Source: an uncultured Nitrososphaerota archaeon (GTDB lineage Archaea > Korarchaeota > Korarchaeia > Korarchaeales > Korarchaeaceae). Taken from it: a stretch of 32,000 nt of DNA. The notes under the pieces were generated by a model that worked only from the letters and a program-made list of their open reading frames with translations, did not search any database and had not been told where the DNA came from. Shown piece by piece: positions 8,982 to 17,491 of the stretch. The stretch spans positions 30,001 through 62,000 of the forward strand of contig CAYZRF010000004.1 in the NCBI GenBank assembly GCA_964480775.1. The letters are read 5' to 3'. The position numbers and the translations under genes are program-made. Positions within the stretch are counted from its first letter, which is position 1; each line of letters opens with the position of its first letter.

Positions 8982-10262
8982 GACCTTTTTACCTCCGAAA
9001 TTAGCGCTTTTACCTAGCTCATCTTCAATTTCCAATAGTCTGTTGTACTTGGCAACTCTCTCCCCTCTAGCTATTGCTCCTGCTTTAATTTGACCGCAGC
9101 CCAAGCCAACTGCTATGTCAGAGATGGCTGTGTCCACAGTCTCCCCAGATCTGTGGCTTACTATCACGGAATAACCAGCCTTTGAGGCAACCCTAGCTGC
9201 CTCTAAAGCTTCTGTCAGGGTTCCTATTTGATTCACTTTCAAAAGGAGAGAATTGCCTGCACCCATCTCAATCCCCTTCTTAAGCCTCTTCGGATTTGTA
9301 ACGAAGAAATCGTCTCCGACCAACTGGATCCTATCCCCTACTCTCCTGGTGAGCTCAGCAAAGGCAGCAAAGTCCTCCTCCTCAAACGGATCCTCAATGC
9401 TTACGAGTGGATAATCCCTCATCAATTCAATGTAAAATTCCATTAGATCGTTTGTGTCAAGCTCTTTTCCATCAATCTTGTACTTCCTAGATTTTTGATT
9501 GTAAAAGCTGCTAGCTGCGCAGTCTATCCCTAAGTAAACCTTCCCACCATATCCGCTTTCTTCCACGGCCTTTAGAAGAGCACCCAGAGCCTCTGTGGTT
9601 TTTGACATTGGAGGAGCAAACCCTCCCTCATCTCCAACGTTTTTCGCGGAAACCCCGTATTTTGATACCAAGTAGTCCCTTAGATTATGATAAACCTCTG
9701 CTGCAGCTAAAATAGCATCCTTAAAAGTTTGAAAGTCCGCCGGAACTATCATAAACTCCTGTATTGAAAGCTCATTGCCTGCGTGTAACCCTCCATTTAT
9801 CACGTTCAACAAGGGGACGGGCAGGAGGTTGGTAGATACTCCGCCAAGATACCTGTAGAGGGGCTGATCGGTTGCTTCAGCCGCAGCCTTGGCACAAGCA
9901 ACGGATACGGCCAAGATGGAATTTCCACCGAAGTTCGATTTATTGGGGCTCCCATCGGCTTCTATCATTATCTTATCGATCTCTTCCTGTTTCCTCACAT
10001 CAACCCCAATTATAAGGGGAGCTATTAGCTCCTTGATCGTTGCAACGGCTCTTCTAACTCTCCTCCCTCTAAGCTGCTTTCCCCCATCTCTAAGCTCTAC
10101 AGCTTCTTCCTTTCCCTTGGAGGCTCCAGCTGGAACAGAAAAACTTCCTGTATATCCTCCTTCAGTTCTAACAACTGCCTTAACAGTGGGATATCCCCTA
10201 GAATCAAATATCTCTAACGCTTTAACCTCAGAAATCTTGAACTTGGAGCTCAAGCTTGACAC
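8967..10262 (-). CDS. eno: enolase
   Basis: Enolase motifs are present (IFDSRGYPTV, SHRSGETVDT, IKAGAIARGERVAKYNRLLEIE). It has a GTG start. Confidence 0.95.
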   Translation of the reverse strand: MSSLSSKFKISEVKALEIFDSRGYPTVKAVVRTEGGYTGSFSVPAGASKGKEEAVELRDGGKQLRGRRVRRAVATIKELIAPLIIGVDVRKQEEIDKIMIEADGSPNKSNFGGNSILAVSVACAKAAAEATDQPLYRYLGGVSTNLLPVPLLNVINGGLHAGNELSIQEFMIVPADFQTFKDAILAAAEVYHNLRDYLVSKYGVSAKNVGDEGGFAPPMSKTTEALGALLKAVEESGYGGKVYLGIDCAASSFYNQKSRKYKIDGKELDTNDLMEFYIELMRDYPLVSIEDPFEEEDFAAFAELTRRVGDRIQLVGDDFFVTNPKRLKKGIEMGAGNSLLLKVNQIGTLTEALEAARVASKAGYSVIVSHRSGETVDTAISDIAVGLGCGQIKAGAIARGERVAKYNRLLEIEDELGKSANFGGKKVLRIG

Positions 10263-10353
10263 CTTGCCTTTGTTAGATTTTTCTCTTGGAATTTAATATC
10301 TCTTGGTTGACCTTACCTCGCCAAAAATTCTAACCTCGACAACTTGGCAATAG

Positions 10354-10734
10354 CTAACAGGTGATGTGGAGGATGGCTACTACTCTTTTCCCCTCCTTAC
10401 ATAGACGCTCGTAAATCTCAATAGCTTCCGGGGTTTTCGTAGCGATGAACTCAATTCCTGAGGAAATAATGTATTCCTTTACATCCAAGAGCGGAAGTGC
10501 TCCGTAGATGCCCGTTCCAATCACAATTACGTCAGGCTTTTCGTCGACCAGCTCCTTAACCTCTGCTACGGTGAGAGGGGTGTGTCCGTACCTAGATTTG
10601 AGGTCCTTGGATAGCTCTTTCTTCCTTCTGGAAACCTTACCATTAGCGTGCACGATGATGTCATGGTCATAGCTGTTATCGCCCACGCGAATCAACCCGA
10701 ATTTCACTGAAATTTCTCTTTCCATCCTATCCAC
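10354..10734 (-). CDS. Mth938-domain (DUF498) protein
   Basis: The 126-aa protein has the pattern YDHDIIVHANGKV...RYGHTPLTVAEV..DVIVIGTG typical of Mth938/NDUFAF3-like proteins. It overlaps the pheT 3' end by 8 nt. Confidence 0.7.
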   Translation of the reverse strand: MDRMEREISVKFGLIRVGDNSYDHDIIVHANGKVSRRKKELSKDLKSRYGHTPLTVAEVKELVDEKPDVIVIGTGIYGALPLLDVKEYIISSGIEFIATKTPEAIEIYERLCKEGKRVVAILHITC

Positions 10735-12394
10735 CGATTAAAGGATCAAGATTGACCTCAAAAACACCTACTGGGCACCTTAAACCGAGAACTTCCAGTA
10801 CTTCAGGCCTTACCTCACCTATATACCCTACCTCTATGGTTCCCGACTTAAGGTCGTAAAGAACCTTAGCAGACCTTCCCTTAATGAGAGTTGGATGTTC
10901 AAACCTCTCTAATCCGTATTTTACTCCAAGATTGCGTAGCAAAGCATCTAAATGAGCTTGGATCCTTTCAAAACTGGCGACATCATCGGCTAGAGCTGCT
11001 GCTACCCTCCTCTCATTTCTAGTCTTTGTTTCTTGGCTCTCGTCCACGACGACAACATCCCCAACCTCAAACACCAGTTGCGGATATGATGCATGAACGT
11101 TATTGGAGAGGAACGAAAGTAAACCCGGCATTAGGGAATCCCTCAGTACTGCAAAAGCCTTGCTGACGGGGTTGGCTATCTTGACGATTGGCTTCTTAGG
11201 CCTGAGAACCTTGTCGAAGAGCTCCTCCTCACTGGTCATTACGTAGCTGAGAATTTCTTGATACCCTAATCCCACCATAAGGAGCCTGACCTTTTTCGAG
11301 AACTTCTCCTTCGGATGAACTCGGCCTATCGTCATCACGTTTGGAATTTCCCAACCCAGCTTGTTGTATCCGTAAGCGATCAAAGCCTCCTCAACCAAAT
11401 CAATTGGATGTAGGAAGTCCACTCGATACGGAGGAATTAACGCTTCGACTACCTCCTGCTTTGCAACAGCATCTAGTCTGGACTTTCTCAAGAGGTTAGC
11501 TATTTCTTGAGGGGAGAGGTTCAAACCAGTTTTTGCTTTGAAGTACTCAGCCTCTAGCCTCATGATTTTTGGAGTTAAATCAGGTGTCACGAGCTCTCCC
11601 TTAGCTCCTTTCAACTTCACTGTTCCGATCTTGCCTCCCTTCTCAGCAAGGGCCGTTGCTACCACAATAAGAGCCTGCTCCACTTCCCTTTGAGAGGTTC
11701 CAGTGACATCGATCAGCAAGTTTCTGGTTTCAGAGGTTACCCTCGTCATCTCAGAATTTATTATGGGTGGAAGGGAGAGAACCTCCCCTCTCCTATCTCT
11801 AAGCACGGGAAAGAGGGGTTTATCCGCTATTATGTGCCCGTATGCAATTCCCTTTTCGTGTCTGTTTATTATCTCCCTCGCATTCATGATTTCAGACTCG
11901 CCAAGCGGGACGAACCTTATGTCCTCAGGCCTCTCCCCAGCATAAGTTATGGGAGGCTCCAACTTGTCGAAATCATGAACTCCTATGGAAACCTTTCTCC
12001 TTTCTCTCCCCCAAGTTTGGTGAATTTTCTCCTGCAAATGCATCAGAGAAAGCAAACCTTCTTCGCCTAGGTGAACTCCCAAAACGACTCCAAGGGCAAA
12101 GCCAGGTCGCACACTCATGACGCTCTCTTCTACTATCCCTTCAACATCGGATTGGAATACCTCGTATTTTGGAATGCCTTCCTCGATTCCTAGCAAGCCC
12201 TTGAAGTGCCTGGCTATGCCTTCCTCAGAAAGAAGGTCTAATCTGTCTGTCGTTACTTCTACCTCAATCTCATCCCCTTCAATCCTTTCTAAACTCATCT
12301 TGGACTTCTCTAACAACTCAGAGAGTTCAGAATCGCTTAATTCCCTTCCTACAAGGGAGAAGAGGTACCTTAGGTTAAGCGTTAACGTTGGCAT
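10727..12394 (-). CDS. pheT: phenylalanine--tRNA ligase beta subunit
   Basis: The 555-aa archaeal-type beta subunit starts 3 nt downstream of pheS on the same strand and has B3/4- and B5-like regions. Confidence 0.9.
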   Translation of the reverse strand: MPTLTLNLRYLFSLVGRELSDSELSELLEKSKMSLERIEGDEIEVEVTTDRLDLLSEEGIARHFKGLLGIEEGIPKYEVFQSDVEGIVEESVMSVRPGFALGVVLGVHLGEEGLLSLMHLQEKIHQTWGRERRKVSIGVHDFDKLEPPITYAGERPEDIRFVPLGESEIMNAREIINRHEKGIAYGHIIADKPLFPVLRDRRGEVLSLPPIINSEMTRVTSETRNLLIDVTGTSQREVEQALIVVATALAEKGGKIGTVKLKGAKGELVTPDLTPKIMRLEAEYFKAKTGLNLSPQEIANLLRKSRLDAVAKQEVVEALIPPYRVDFLHPIDLVEEALIAYGYNKLGWEIPNVMTIGRVHPKEKFSKKVRLLMVGLGYQEILSYVMTSEEELFDKVLRPKKPIVKIANPVSKAFAVLRDSLMPGLLSFLSNNVHASYPQLVFEVGDVVVVDESQETKTRNERRVAAALADDVASFERIQAHLDALLRNLGVKYGLERFEHPTLIKGRSAKVLYDLKSGTIEVGYIGEVRPEVLEVLGLRCPVGVFEVNLDPLIGG

Positions 12395-12397
12395 CTT

Positions 12398-13906
12398 TCA
12401 TCTCTCCCCAAATTCTCTCAAGAAAATCAGATCCCTTGAGTGCAGGTCTCTGATGTCCTCAATTCCCAGACGAACCATCGCAAGCCTTCCTATTCCTATC
12501 CCCCAAGCCAGAGCCCCTACTTCCTTAGAATCTATTCCAAAGGGTGCGAGAACTTCTGGTCTGAACATGCCCGCTCCTAAAACCTCTATCCAACCCAATC
12601 TCTCGTGTTTTACAAGGGTTTCAACGCTTGGCTCGGTAAATGGGAAGTAATCAGGCTTGAATCTGATCTCATCCTTCTTGAAACCGAGTTCCATAGCCAA
12701 TGTGGCAAGGAAGCCAAGTAAATGCTTTACATTGAGCCCCTTATCCATGACAACTCCTTCACATTGATGGAAATCCATAGAATGAGTCCTATCTAGAACA
12801 TCAGGCCTGAAAACATGGTCTATTGAGAATATCTTGAGTGGAAGCTCTCTTCTTGAAGCTATCGTCCTTGCAGAGACAGCGGTAGTCTGCGTTCTAAGCA
12901 CCAATCTCCTTGCTATGTCGAAGGACCACTTGTATCCCCAGCCTGTTGAACCCGTTATCCAACCATCCTCATGGACCCTTCTCACTCTCTCTACAAGCTC
13001 TAGATCCCTAAGGTTCGCTTCCTGCGGGTATTCAAGTATATATGAGCTGTGAATCTCCCGGGCTGGGTGATCTTGAGGCTGGAACAAGGCATCGAAGTTC
13101 CAGAACTCTGCCTCAACGTAAGGACCCTTAACCTCCTCAAACCCCAACCCAATGAGGATCTCTCTTACCTCATCGAGGAACTCAGCGTACATCTGCAACT
13201 TTCCAGGATAGACCTTGGGAGGCCTTGCCTTGATATCGTACTCCTTTAACCTAGCTTCTTTCCACAGACCGCTTTCTATAAGCTCTTTCGTTAGGGCAGA
13301 GATCTCCCTAGTGATCTTCACCTCTCCTGTCAAAACCTTCCTTCCAAGATCAGTTAGCCTTATTCCAAGCTCTACTTTTCTCTCCTCTTTGACGAGCCCG
13401 CGTTTTTTGAGCAGAGTGAGGAGCTTTGGATCAATTTCATCAGCCTTAACAGCTGATTGATAAGCCCTTTCCAGAACTTCCTTCAATGGAAGTCTTTCTG
13501 GAGATTTTTTGAGTTCCACTAGGGTTTCTCCGTCCGACTTTCTCATCTCAATTAGACCAAGACGTCTGGCTTCACCTATGGCTGCGCTTATCTCTACATT
13601 GCTCTCAAAAACACCTGTTTTGGTGAGTTCCTTAAGAATAGCCCTTCCGCCTCTCTCCTTAAGGACCCTAATCAGCCTTTCCTCAGGTAAACCTTTGTTT
13701 AAGCAATGAACTCCCCTTTCTGTCGGTCGAACAAATCTTTCTTGGCGTTCTATAACCTCAAGAATCCCCTTCTGAGCTAAGAGATGCGCTAATGCTACCG
13801 CCGAACTCTTTTCCATCGGGATTTCGTCGACTTTAACAAGTCCTTCTCGCGGAGCCAATAACTCCAGGAGGCGTATCTCACCTTCACTCAAAGAGATGCG
13901 CTTCAA
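12398..13906 (-). CDS. pheS: phenylalanine--tRNA ligase alpha subunit
   Basis: The class II aaRS core is present (FQPQDHPAREIHSSY, LRTQTTAVSAR, FRPD..D..H..FHQCEG, GAGMFRPEVL). It has a TTG start. Confidence 0.9.
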   Translation of the reverse strand: MKRISLSEGEIRLLELLAPREGLVKVDEIPMEKSSAVALAHLLAQKGILEVIERQERFVRPTERGVHCLNKGLPEERLIRVLKERGGRAILKELTKTGVFESNVEISAAIGEARRLGLIEMRKSDGETLVELKKSPERLPLKEVLERAYQSAVKADEIDPKLLTLLKKRGLVKEERKVELGIRLTDLGRKVLTGEVKITREISALTKELIESGLWKEARLKEYDIKARPPKVYPGKLQMYAEFLDEVREILIGLGFEEVKGPYVEAEFWNFDALFQPQDHPAREIHSSYILEYPQEANLRDLELVERVRRVHEDGWITGSTGWGYKWSFDIARRLVLRTQTTAVSARTIASRRELPLKIFSIDHVFRPDVLDRTHSMDFHQCEGVVMDKGLNVKHLLGFLATLAMELGFKKDEIRFKPDYFPFTEPSVETLVKHERLGWIEVLGAGMFRPEVLAPFGIDSKEVGALAWGIGIGRLAMVRLGIEDIRDLHSRDLIFLREFGER

Positions 13907-14136
13907 TTATTAACCCCCCTCAAACATCTCAAAACCGATGGTGCAGGAAACCACATTTTATTAGTACTCTGATTAATTAGGCGGGAAAACAGGGCACTAG
14001 TAACAGAGTTCTTAGCTTTTACGTTGGCTCGGGTTATGTAAATTGGCAGTGGGTCACTCCCTACACCTGCGACGGAAATATACTCTTCACTTTTAATCTT
14101 TTCAACTCTCAAGCTGGACCTCACTTCAGCACGAGC

Positions 14137-14157
14137 CCTTTTTATTCGATAAAAAGG
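14137..14157. promoter_or_regulatory. perfect 9-bp AT-rich palindrome (CCTTTTTAT-tcg-ATAAAAAGG), TATA-box candidate for the DUF763 gene
   Basis: Read directly from the sequence. It lies 19-39 nt upstream of ATG 14176. Confidence 0.4.
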
Positions 14158-14175
14158 AATATTTCAACGAAAAGG

Positions 14176-15285
14176 ATGAATATGAGAAGAACCGGAATAG
14201 CAAGCCTACCATTACATCCAGGAAAGGCTCCTCCTTGGCTATTCAAGAGAATGAAAAGGCTGTCCTCCTTAATAGTCACGGCAATAGTTTTGGAGTACGG
14301 AAGAAAGGAATTCCTAAGGAGAATAAGCGATCCAATATGGTTTCAGGCCATGGGTTGCGCGCTTGGATATGATTGGCATTCCTCCGGACTCACCACAGTC
14401 CTCACTGGTGCGCTAAGAGAGGCATTATCCGAGGAGGACCAGGGAATAGCGGTTCTCGGAGGCAAGGGGAGGGTTTCAAGGAAGGTTCCAGAAGAAATAA
14501 CAAAATTGACCTCAAAATATGAGCTGTCTCAGCAAAAAATAGAGGCCTTGATAAGAGCGAGCAGACTTAGCGCAAAGGTAGACAATGCCGTTTTACAGGA
14601 CGGCTATAGCTTGTATCACCACGCCTTTTTCGTCACAGAAGAAGGATATTGGGCGGTTGTTCAGCAGGGAATGAATCCCAAAATCCGATTGGCTAGAAGA
14701 TATCACTGGCTTGGCGAGAGCGTATCTTCCTTCATCAATGAACCACATTCGGGGCTTATCTCCGAAAGAGTAGAGGAAATTGTATTTGACCTGACAGCAA
14801 GGTCAAGCAACCCTGCCAGAGAAGCCTCTGTGGATCTCGTGAATGAAGGTCCAAATAGGCTTAGGAGGATGTTTAGAGAAGCCACTAGAGGGCCCTTATC
14901 GAAGTACTTAGAGGAAAAACCTCTCCCGAAATACGTAGAGTTCCCCAGGAAACTAAATTGGGAGGCATTGAAAAAGGCCTACGAGGTGAGCGTTTCTGAC
15001 TTTCAGGAACTGGTTGAAATAAGAGGATTTGGTCCTGGGACGATAAGAGCTCTTGCTTTATTAGCAGAGCTTGTTGAAGGGGTTGAGGTTTCCAGGAAGG
15101 ATCCGGTGAGGTATTCCTTTGCATTTGGTGGAAAGGATGGCGTGCCATACCCTGTGGATACGAGCAGGATGGACAAAGCAATATCTTTCATGAGCGACAT
15201 CGTTTCATGGCTAGAAATTAAATCAGAGGAGAAAAGTCAAATATTAAAGAGACTTTCAGAAATTTTACCGGAGAAAAAGCGTTAG
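14176..15285 (+). CDS. DUF763-family protein with helix-hairpin-helix-like motif
   Basis: The N-terminus has the DUF763 signature ([18 protein letters not shown] ... [25 protein letters not shown]). An HhH-like [14 protein letters not shown] lies at 15019-15060. Confidence 0.75.
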   Translation: MNMRRTGIASLPLHPGKAPPWLFKRMKRLSSLIVTAIVLEYGRKEFLRRISDPIWFQAMGCALGYDWHSSGLTTVLTGALREALSEEDQGIAVLGGKGRVSRKVPEEITKLTSKYELSQQKIEALIRASRLSAKVDNAVLQDGYSLYHHAFFVTEEGYWAVVQQGMNPKIRLARRYHWLGESVSSFINEPHSGLISERVEEIVFDLTARSSNPAREASVDLVNEGPNRLRRMFREATRGPLSKYLEEKPLPKYVEFPRKLNWEALKKAYEVSVSDFQELVEIRGFGPGTIRALALLAELVEGVEVSRKDPVRYSFAFGGKDGVPYPVDTSRMDKAISFMSDIVSWLEIKSEEKSQILKRLSEILPEKKR

Positions 15286-15305
15286 GAGGAAAATTACAAG
15301 TAGGT

Positions 15306-15317
15306 AAATTATATAAG
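15306..15317 (+). promoter_or_regulatory. TATA-like box upstream of tRNA-Ile
   Basis: AAATTATATAAG is centred about 31 nt upstream of the tRNA 5' end. Confidence 0.5.
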
Positions 15318-15342
15318 CTCAAGATTCTTCTTTTGAAGAGGC

Positions 15343-15439
15343 GGGCCCGTGGCTCAGCCTGGCAGAGCTAAAGTGTCTTAGCGCCAAAAGCGCCCGGCTG
15401 ATAACCGGGAGGTCCCGGGTTCAAGTCCCGGCGGGCCCA
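15343..15439 (+). tRNA. tRNA-Ile (anticodon GAT) with a ~23-nt non-canonical intron between D stem and anticodon stem
   Basis: Hand fold gives acceptor GGGCCCG/CGGGCCC and D arm GCTC-AGCCTGGCA-GAGC. About 23 extra nt (about 15369-15391) follow. Then come G26, anticodon stem CCCGG/CCGGG, loop CTGATAA, and T arm CCGGG-TTCAAGT-CCCGG. Confidence 0.8.
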
Positions 15440-15447
15440 CTACTTAT

Positions 15448-15864
15448 ATGGTTGAATTAAAAATGTCTAGATTTCTTGTACTTGATTCTTCTGTGCTTTT
15501 CGCGATTTTCGAGAAGGATGTTCCGATAGACCTATCTAGCATAATTAACTTGGTGCACCCAAAGAGGATGATCATACTATCTCCATGCAGAGAGGAGATA
15601 GAACGCAGGATTGCTTCAGGTTCGCCTCGAGAAAGATCCATTGCTAGGAGTATAATCGCTACCATAAGCAAGTTGGGAATAGAGGAAGAAGAACACGAGA
15701 TAGAGGTTTGTGACGAGGCTATAATCTCTTATTGTAAGGGAAAAAGAAATGTAGTCGTGGCAACACTAGACAATGAATTAAAGAATAGGTTACTTAAGGA
15801 AGGTATATCGGTGATATACTTTAGGGCTAGCAAGAAACCAGTTTTGGAGGAGCCTCAAGTTTAG
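15448..15864 (+). CDS. PIN-domain protein, Fcf1/Utp24-like (COG1412)
   Basis: The N-terminal FLVLDSSVLF acidic PIN strand and a C-terminal CDEAII...VVATLDNELKNRL motif are present. The slot upstream of rpoE is conserved. The start may be ATG 15463. Confidence 0.7.
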   Translation: MVELKMSRFLVLDSSVLFAIFEKDVPIDLSSIINLVHPKRMIILSPCREEIERRIASGSPRERSIARSIIATISKLGIEEEEHEIEVCDEAIISYCKGKRNVVVATLDNELKNRLLKEGISVIYFRASKKPVLEEPQV

Positions 15865-15876
15865 GAGGGTTAGGAT

Positions 15877-16446
15877 ATGTATTATCTCGTCACGTTAACT
15901 GATATAGCTTTTATTCCACCGGATAAGGTGGGGGAAGATCCTAAGAAGATAGCTGAGCAATACCTGAGGAGCAAATATCTGGGGAAGTTTGTGTCTGGTG
16001 CAGGCCTTATAGTTGATATAGTCGGCATAGAAGACGTTAGTTTAGGTAAAGTCTTCATTTCCAGCCCTGATGTCTACTTCAAAGCGAGGTTTAAGGCCCT
16101 TTCCTTCTTGCCCAAAGTTCAGGAGATAATAGAGGGGGAGATCGACAAGATAGTTACTCACGGAGCCATCGTCAAGGTTGGACCAGTTGACGGCTTCATC
16201 CACATCTCCCAACTGGGAGATGATGTCTTCATCCAGAGAGGAGGGGTTCTTCAAGGAAGAAAGACTAAGATAACTTACAGACCTGGAGATAAGATAAGAG
16301 CGAGGATTACTGCTGTGAGCAAGCCCGATCCAACTGCACCCAAGAGAGGAGAGCCCATAATAAGGATAGCCCTCTCATGCAGACAGCCAGGGCTGGGTAA
16401 GATAGAAGAGAAGAAGAAGGAGGAGGAAAAAGGTGCCAAAGCTTAA
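15877..16446 (+). CDS. rpoE: DNA-directed RNA polymerase subunit E' (Rpo7)
   Basis: An Rpb7-like N-terminus is followed by an S1 domain (GEIDKIVTHGAIVKVGPVDGFIHISQL). A GGAGGG box lies upstream. Confidence 0.9.
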   Translation: MYYLVTLTDIAFIPPDKVGEDPKKIAEQYLRSKYLGKFVSGAGLIVDIVGIEDVSLGKVFISSPDVYFKARFKALSFLPKVQEIIEGEIDKIVTHGAIVKVGPVDGFIHISQLGDDVFIQRGGVLQGRKTKITYRPGDKIRARITAVSKPDPTAPKRGEPIIRIALSCRQPGLGKIEEKKKEEEKGAKA

Positions 16447-16621
16447 GGCTTGCCGCTCTTGCAAGGCGTTGACGGAAGATGATGAGTGTCCCATTTGTGG
16501 CTCCAAGGATTTGACCATTAACTGGGAGGGAGTCGTCGTAATTATTGATCCGACCCGCTCGGCTCTTGCAAAGAAGCTTGGGATAACTAGATCTGGGATA
16601 TATGCGTTAAGAGTTCTGTAG
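16433..16621 (+). CDS. spt4: transcription elongation factor Spt4 (RpoE'')
   Basis: The 62-aa protein has a CRSC..x..CPIC zinc ribbon and the tail SALAKKLGI...G.YALRV. The GTG start overlaps the rpoE end. Confidence 0.85.
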   Translation: MPKLKACRSCKALTEDDECPICGSKDLTINWEGVVVIIDPTRSALAKKLGITRSGIYALRVL

Positions 16622-16694
16622 AAAGTATCTTGTTTTAACTGTTGGTTAAACCCTATGCTGAGATTTATAAACACCTTCCTACACGAAGAATGGA

Positions 16695-16991
16695 GTGGTC
16701 CTAATGCCTGACATAGAGATCGTAGAACGAAAGAAAAACCCCCTGCTGTTTAGAGAAGAAATAATCTTAAAATTTAGATTTCAAGGACCAACCCCCAGTA
16801 GGAAAGAGGTAAGAGAAGCGGTTGTCAACTTTTTAGGAGTAAACGAAGACAGGGTAGTGATCAGGAAGATCTCTCAAGATTATGGTATGACTGAAGCTAG
16901 CGCACTGGTAATGCTATACGACACTCCAGAGAAAGCAAGGGAGATAGAACCAAAACATATAATTGCGAGACACGAGCAGAAGGAGAGGTGA
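16695..16991 (+). CDS. rps24e: 30S ribosomal protein S24e
   Basis: The motif [30 protein letters not shown] is typical of eS24. The start is GTG 16695 or ATG 16704. Confidence 0.9.
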   Translation: MVLMPDIEIVERKKNPLLFREEIILKFRFQGPTPSRKEVREAVVNFLGVNEDRVVIRKISQDYGMTEASALVMLYDTPEKAREIEPKHIIARHEQKER

Positions 16992-17158
16992 TGTTTTTGG
17001 CGAAACACAAGAACGTTCTAATATCAAAGCTTTACGAAATAAAGGATGGTAAGCTCATAAGAAAGGCTAAGAAATGCCCTAGATGTGGGTCATTCATGGC
17101 TAAACACGAAAACAGGTACTCGTGCGGAAAGTGCGGATACACAGAATTCATAACATGA
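16991..17158 (+). CDS. rps27ae: 30S ribosomal protein S27ae (zinc ribbon); below the ORF-track size cutoff
   Basis: My own translation is [55 protein letters not shown] (55 aa). It has a CPRC..CGKC ribbon, a TGATG overlap with rps24e, and the conserved S24e-S27ae pairing. Confidence 0.85.
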   Translation: MFLAKHKNVLISKLYEIKDGKLIRKAKKCPRCGSFMAKHENRYSCGKCGYTEFIT

Positions 17159-17165
17159 ACCTTTT

Positions 17166-17181
17166 TCATAATGATTAAATG
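17166..17181 (+). promoter_or_regulatory. TATA-like box upstream of tRNA-Arg
   Basis: TCATAATGATTAAATG is centred about 28 nt upstream of the tRNA 5' end. Confidence 0.4.
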
Positions 17182-17202
17182 CTGCAAAAACCATTTATTC
17201 CT

Positions 17203-17277
17203 GGGCCCGTAGCTCAGTAGGATTAGAGCACCGGCCTCCGGAGCCGGGGGTCGCGGGTTCAAGTCCCGCCGGGCCCG
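17203..17277 (+). tRNA. tRNA-Arg (anticodon CCG), no intron
   Basis: Hand fold gives acceptor GGGCCCG/CGGGCCC, anticodon stem CCGGC/GCCGG, loop CTCCGGA, and T arm GCGGG-TTCAAGT-CCCGC. Confidence 0.9.
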
Positions 17278-17290
17278 CTACGTGGGAGGC

Positions 17291-17491
17291 ATGGAAGTGG
17301 AAAAAGAAAATAAATGTATGGTTGTTGGATGCGATGAGAAAGCCGAGAAAACCCTTGACAAAAGCTACAAGAGGGTACTGCAAGGTCTAAATCTGAAGGT
17401 AGAACCCCCTGATGCCAAGGAATTGCACCTTTGCAAGAGACACTACAAGATGGTCAAGAATGCTATGAGGGCTTTGCGAGGAAATCTCTAA
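17291..17491 (+). CDS. small (66 aa) putative zinc-binding protein, C-x4-C-x33-C-x2-H
   Basis: The ORF has a GGGAGG box 3-8 nt before ATG 17291, a basic helical tail and four candidate metal ligands. I do not recognise the family. Confidence 0.5.
   Translation: MEVEKENKCMVVGCDEKAEKTLDKSYKRVLQGLNLKVEPPDAKELHLCKRHYKMVKNAMRALRGNL

Noticed and set aside
12117-12650. Long antisense ORFs. Examples are 12117-12650 (+, 177 aa), 9889-10296 (+, 135 aa), 18585-19016 (-, 143 aa), 30107-30469 (+), 11690-12070 (+) and 22620-23173 (-).
   Set aside because: - Each lies fully opposite a confidently identified conserved gene (pheT/pheS, eno, rtcB, surface protein, aCPSF1).
- Their translations are Ser/Leu/Pro-rich low-complexity sequence.
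- That is typical of the stop-poor antisense frame of purine-rich thermophile genes.
13903-14124. A 73-aa minus-strand ORF upstream of pheS.
   Set aside because: - It has no recognisable motif and a non-protein-like composition.
- It would overlap the pheS start.
- It lies in a divergent promoter region.
- I treat it as probably spurious, though a small protein or ncRNA cannot be excluded.
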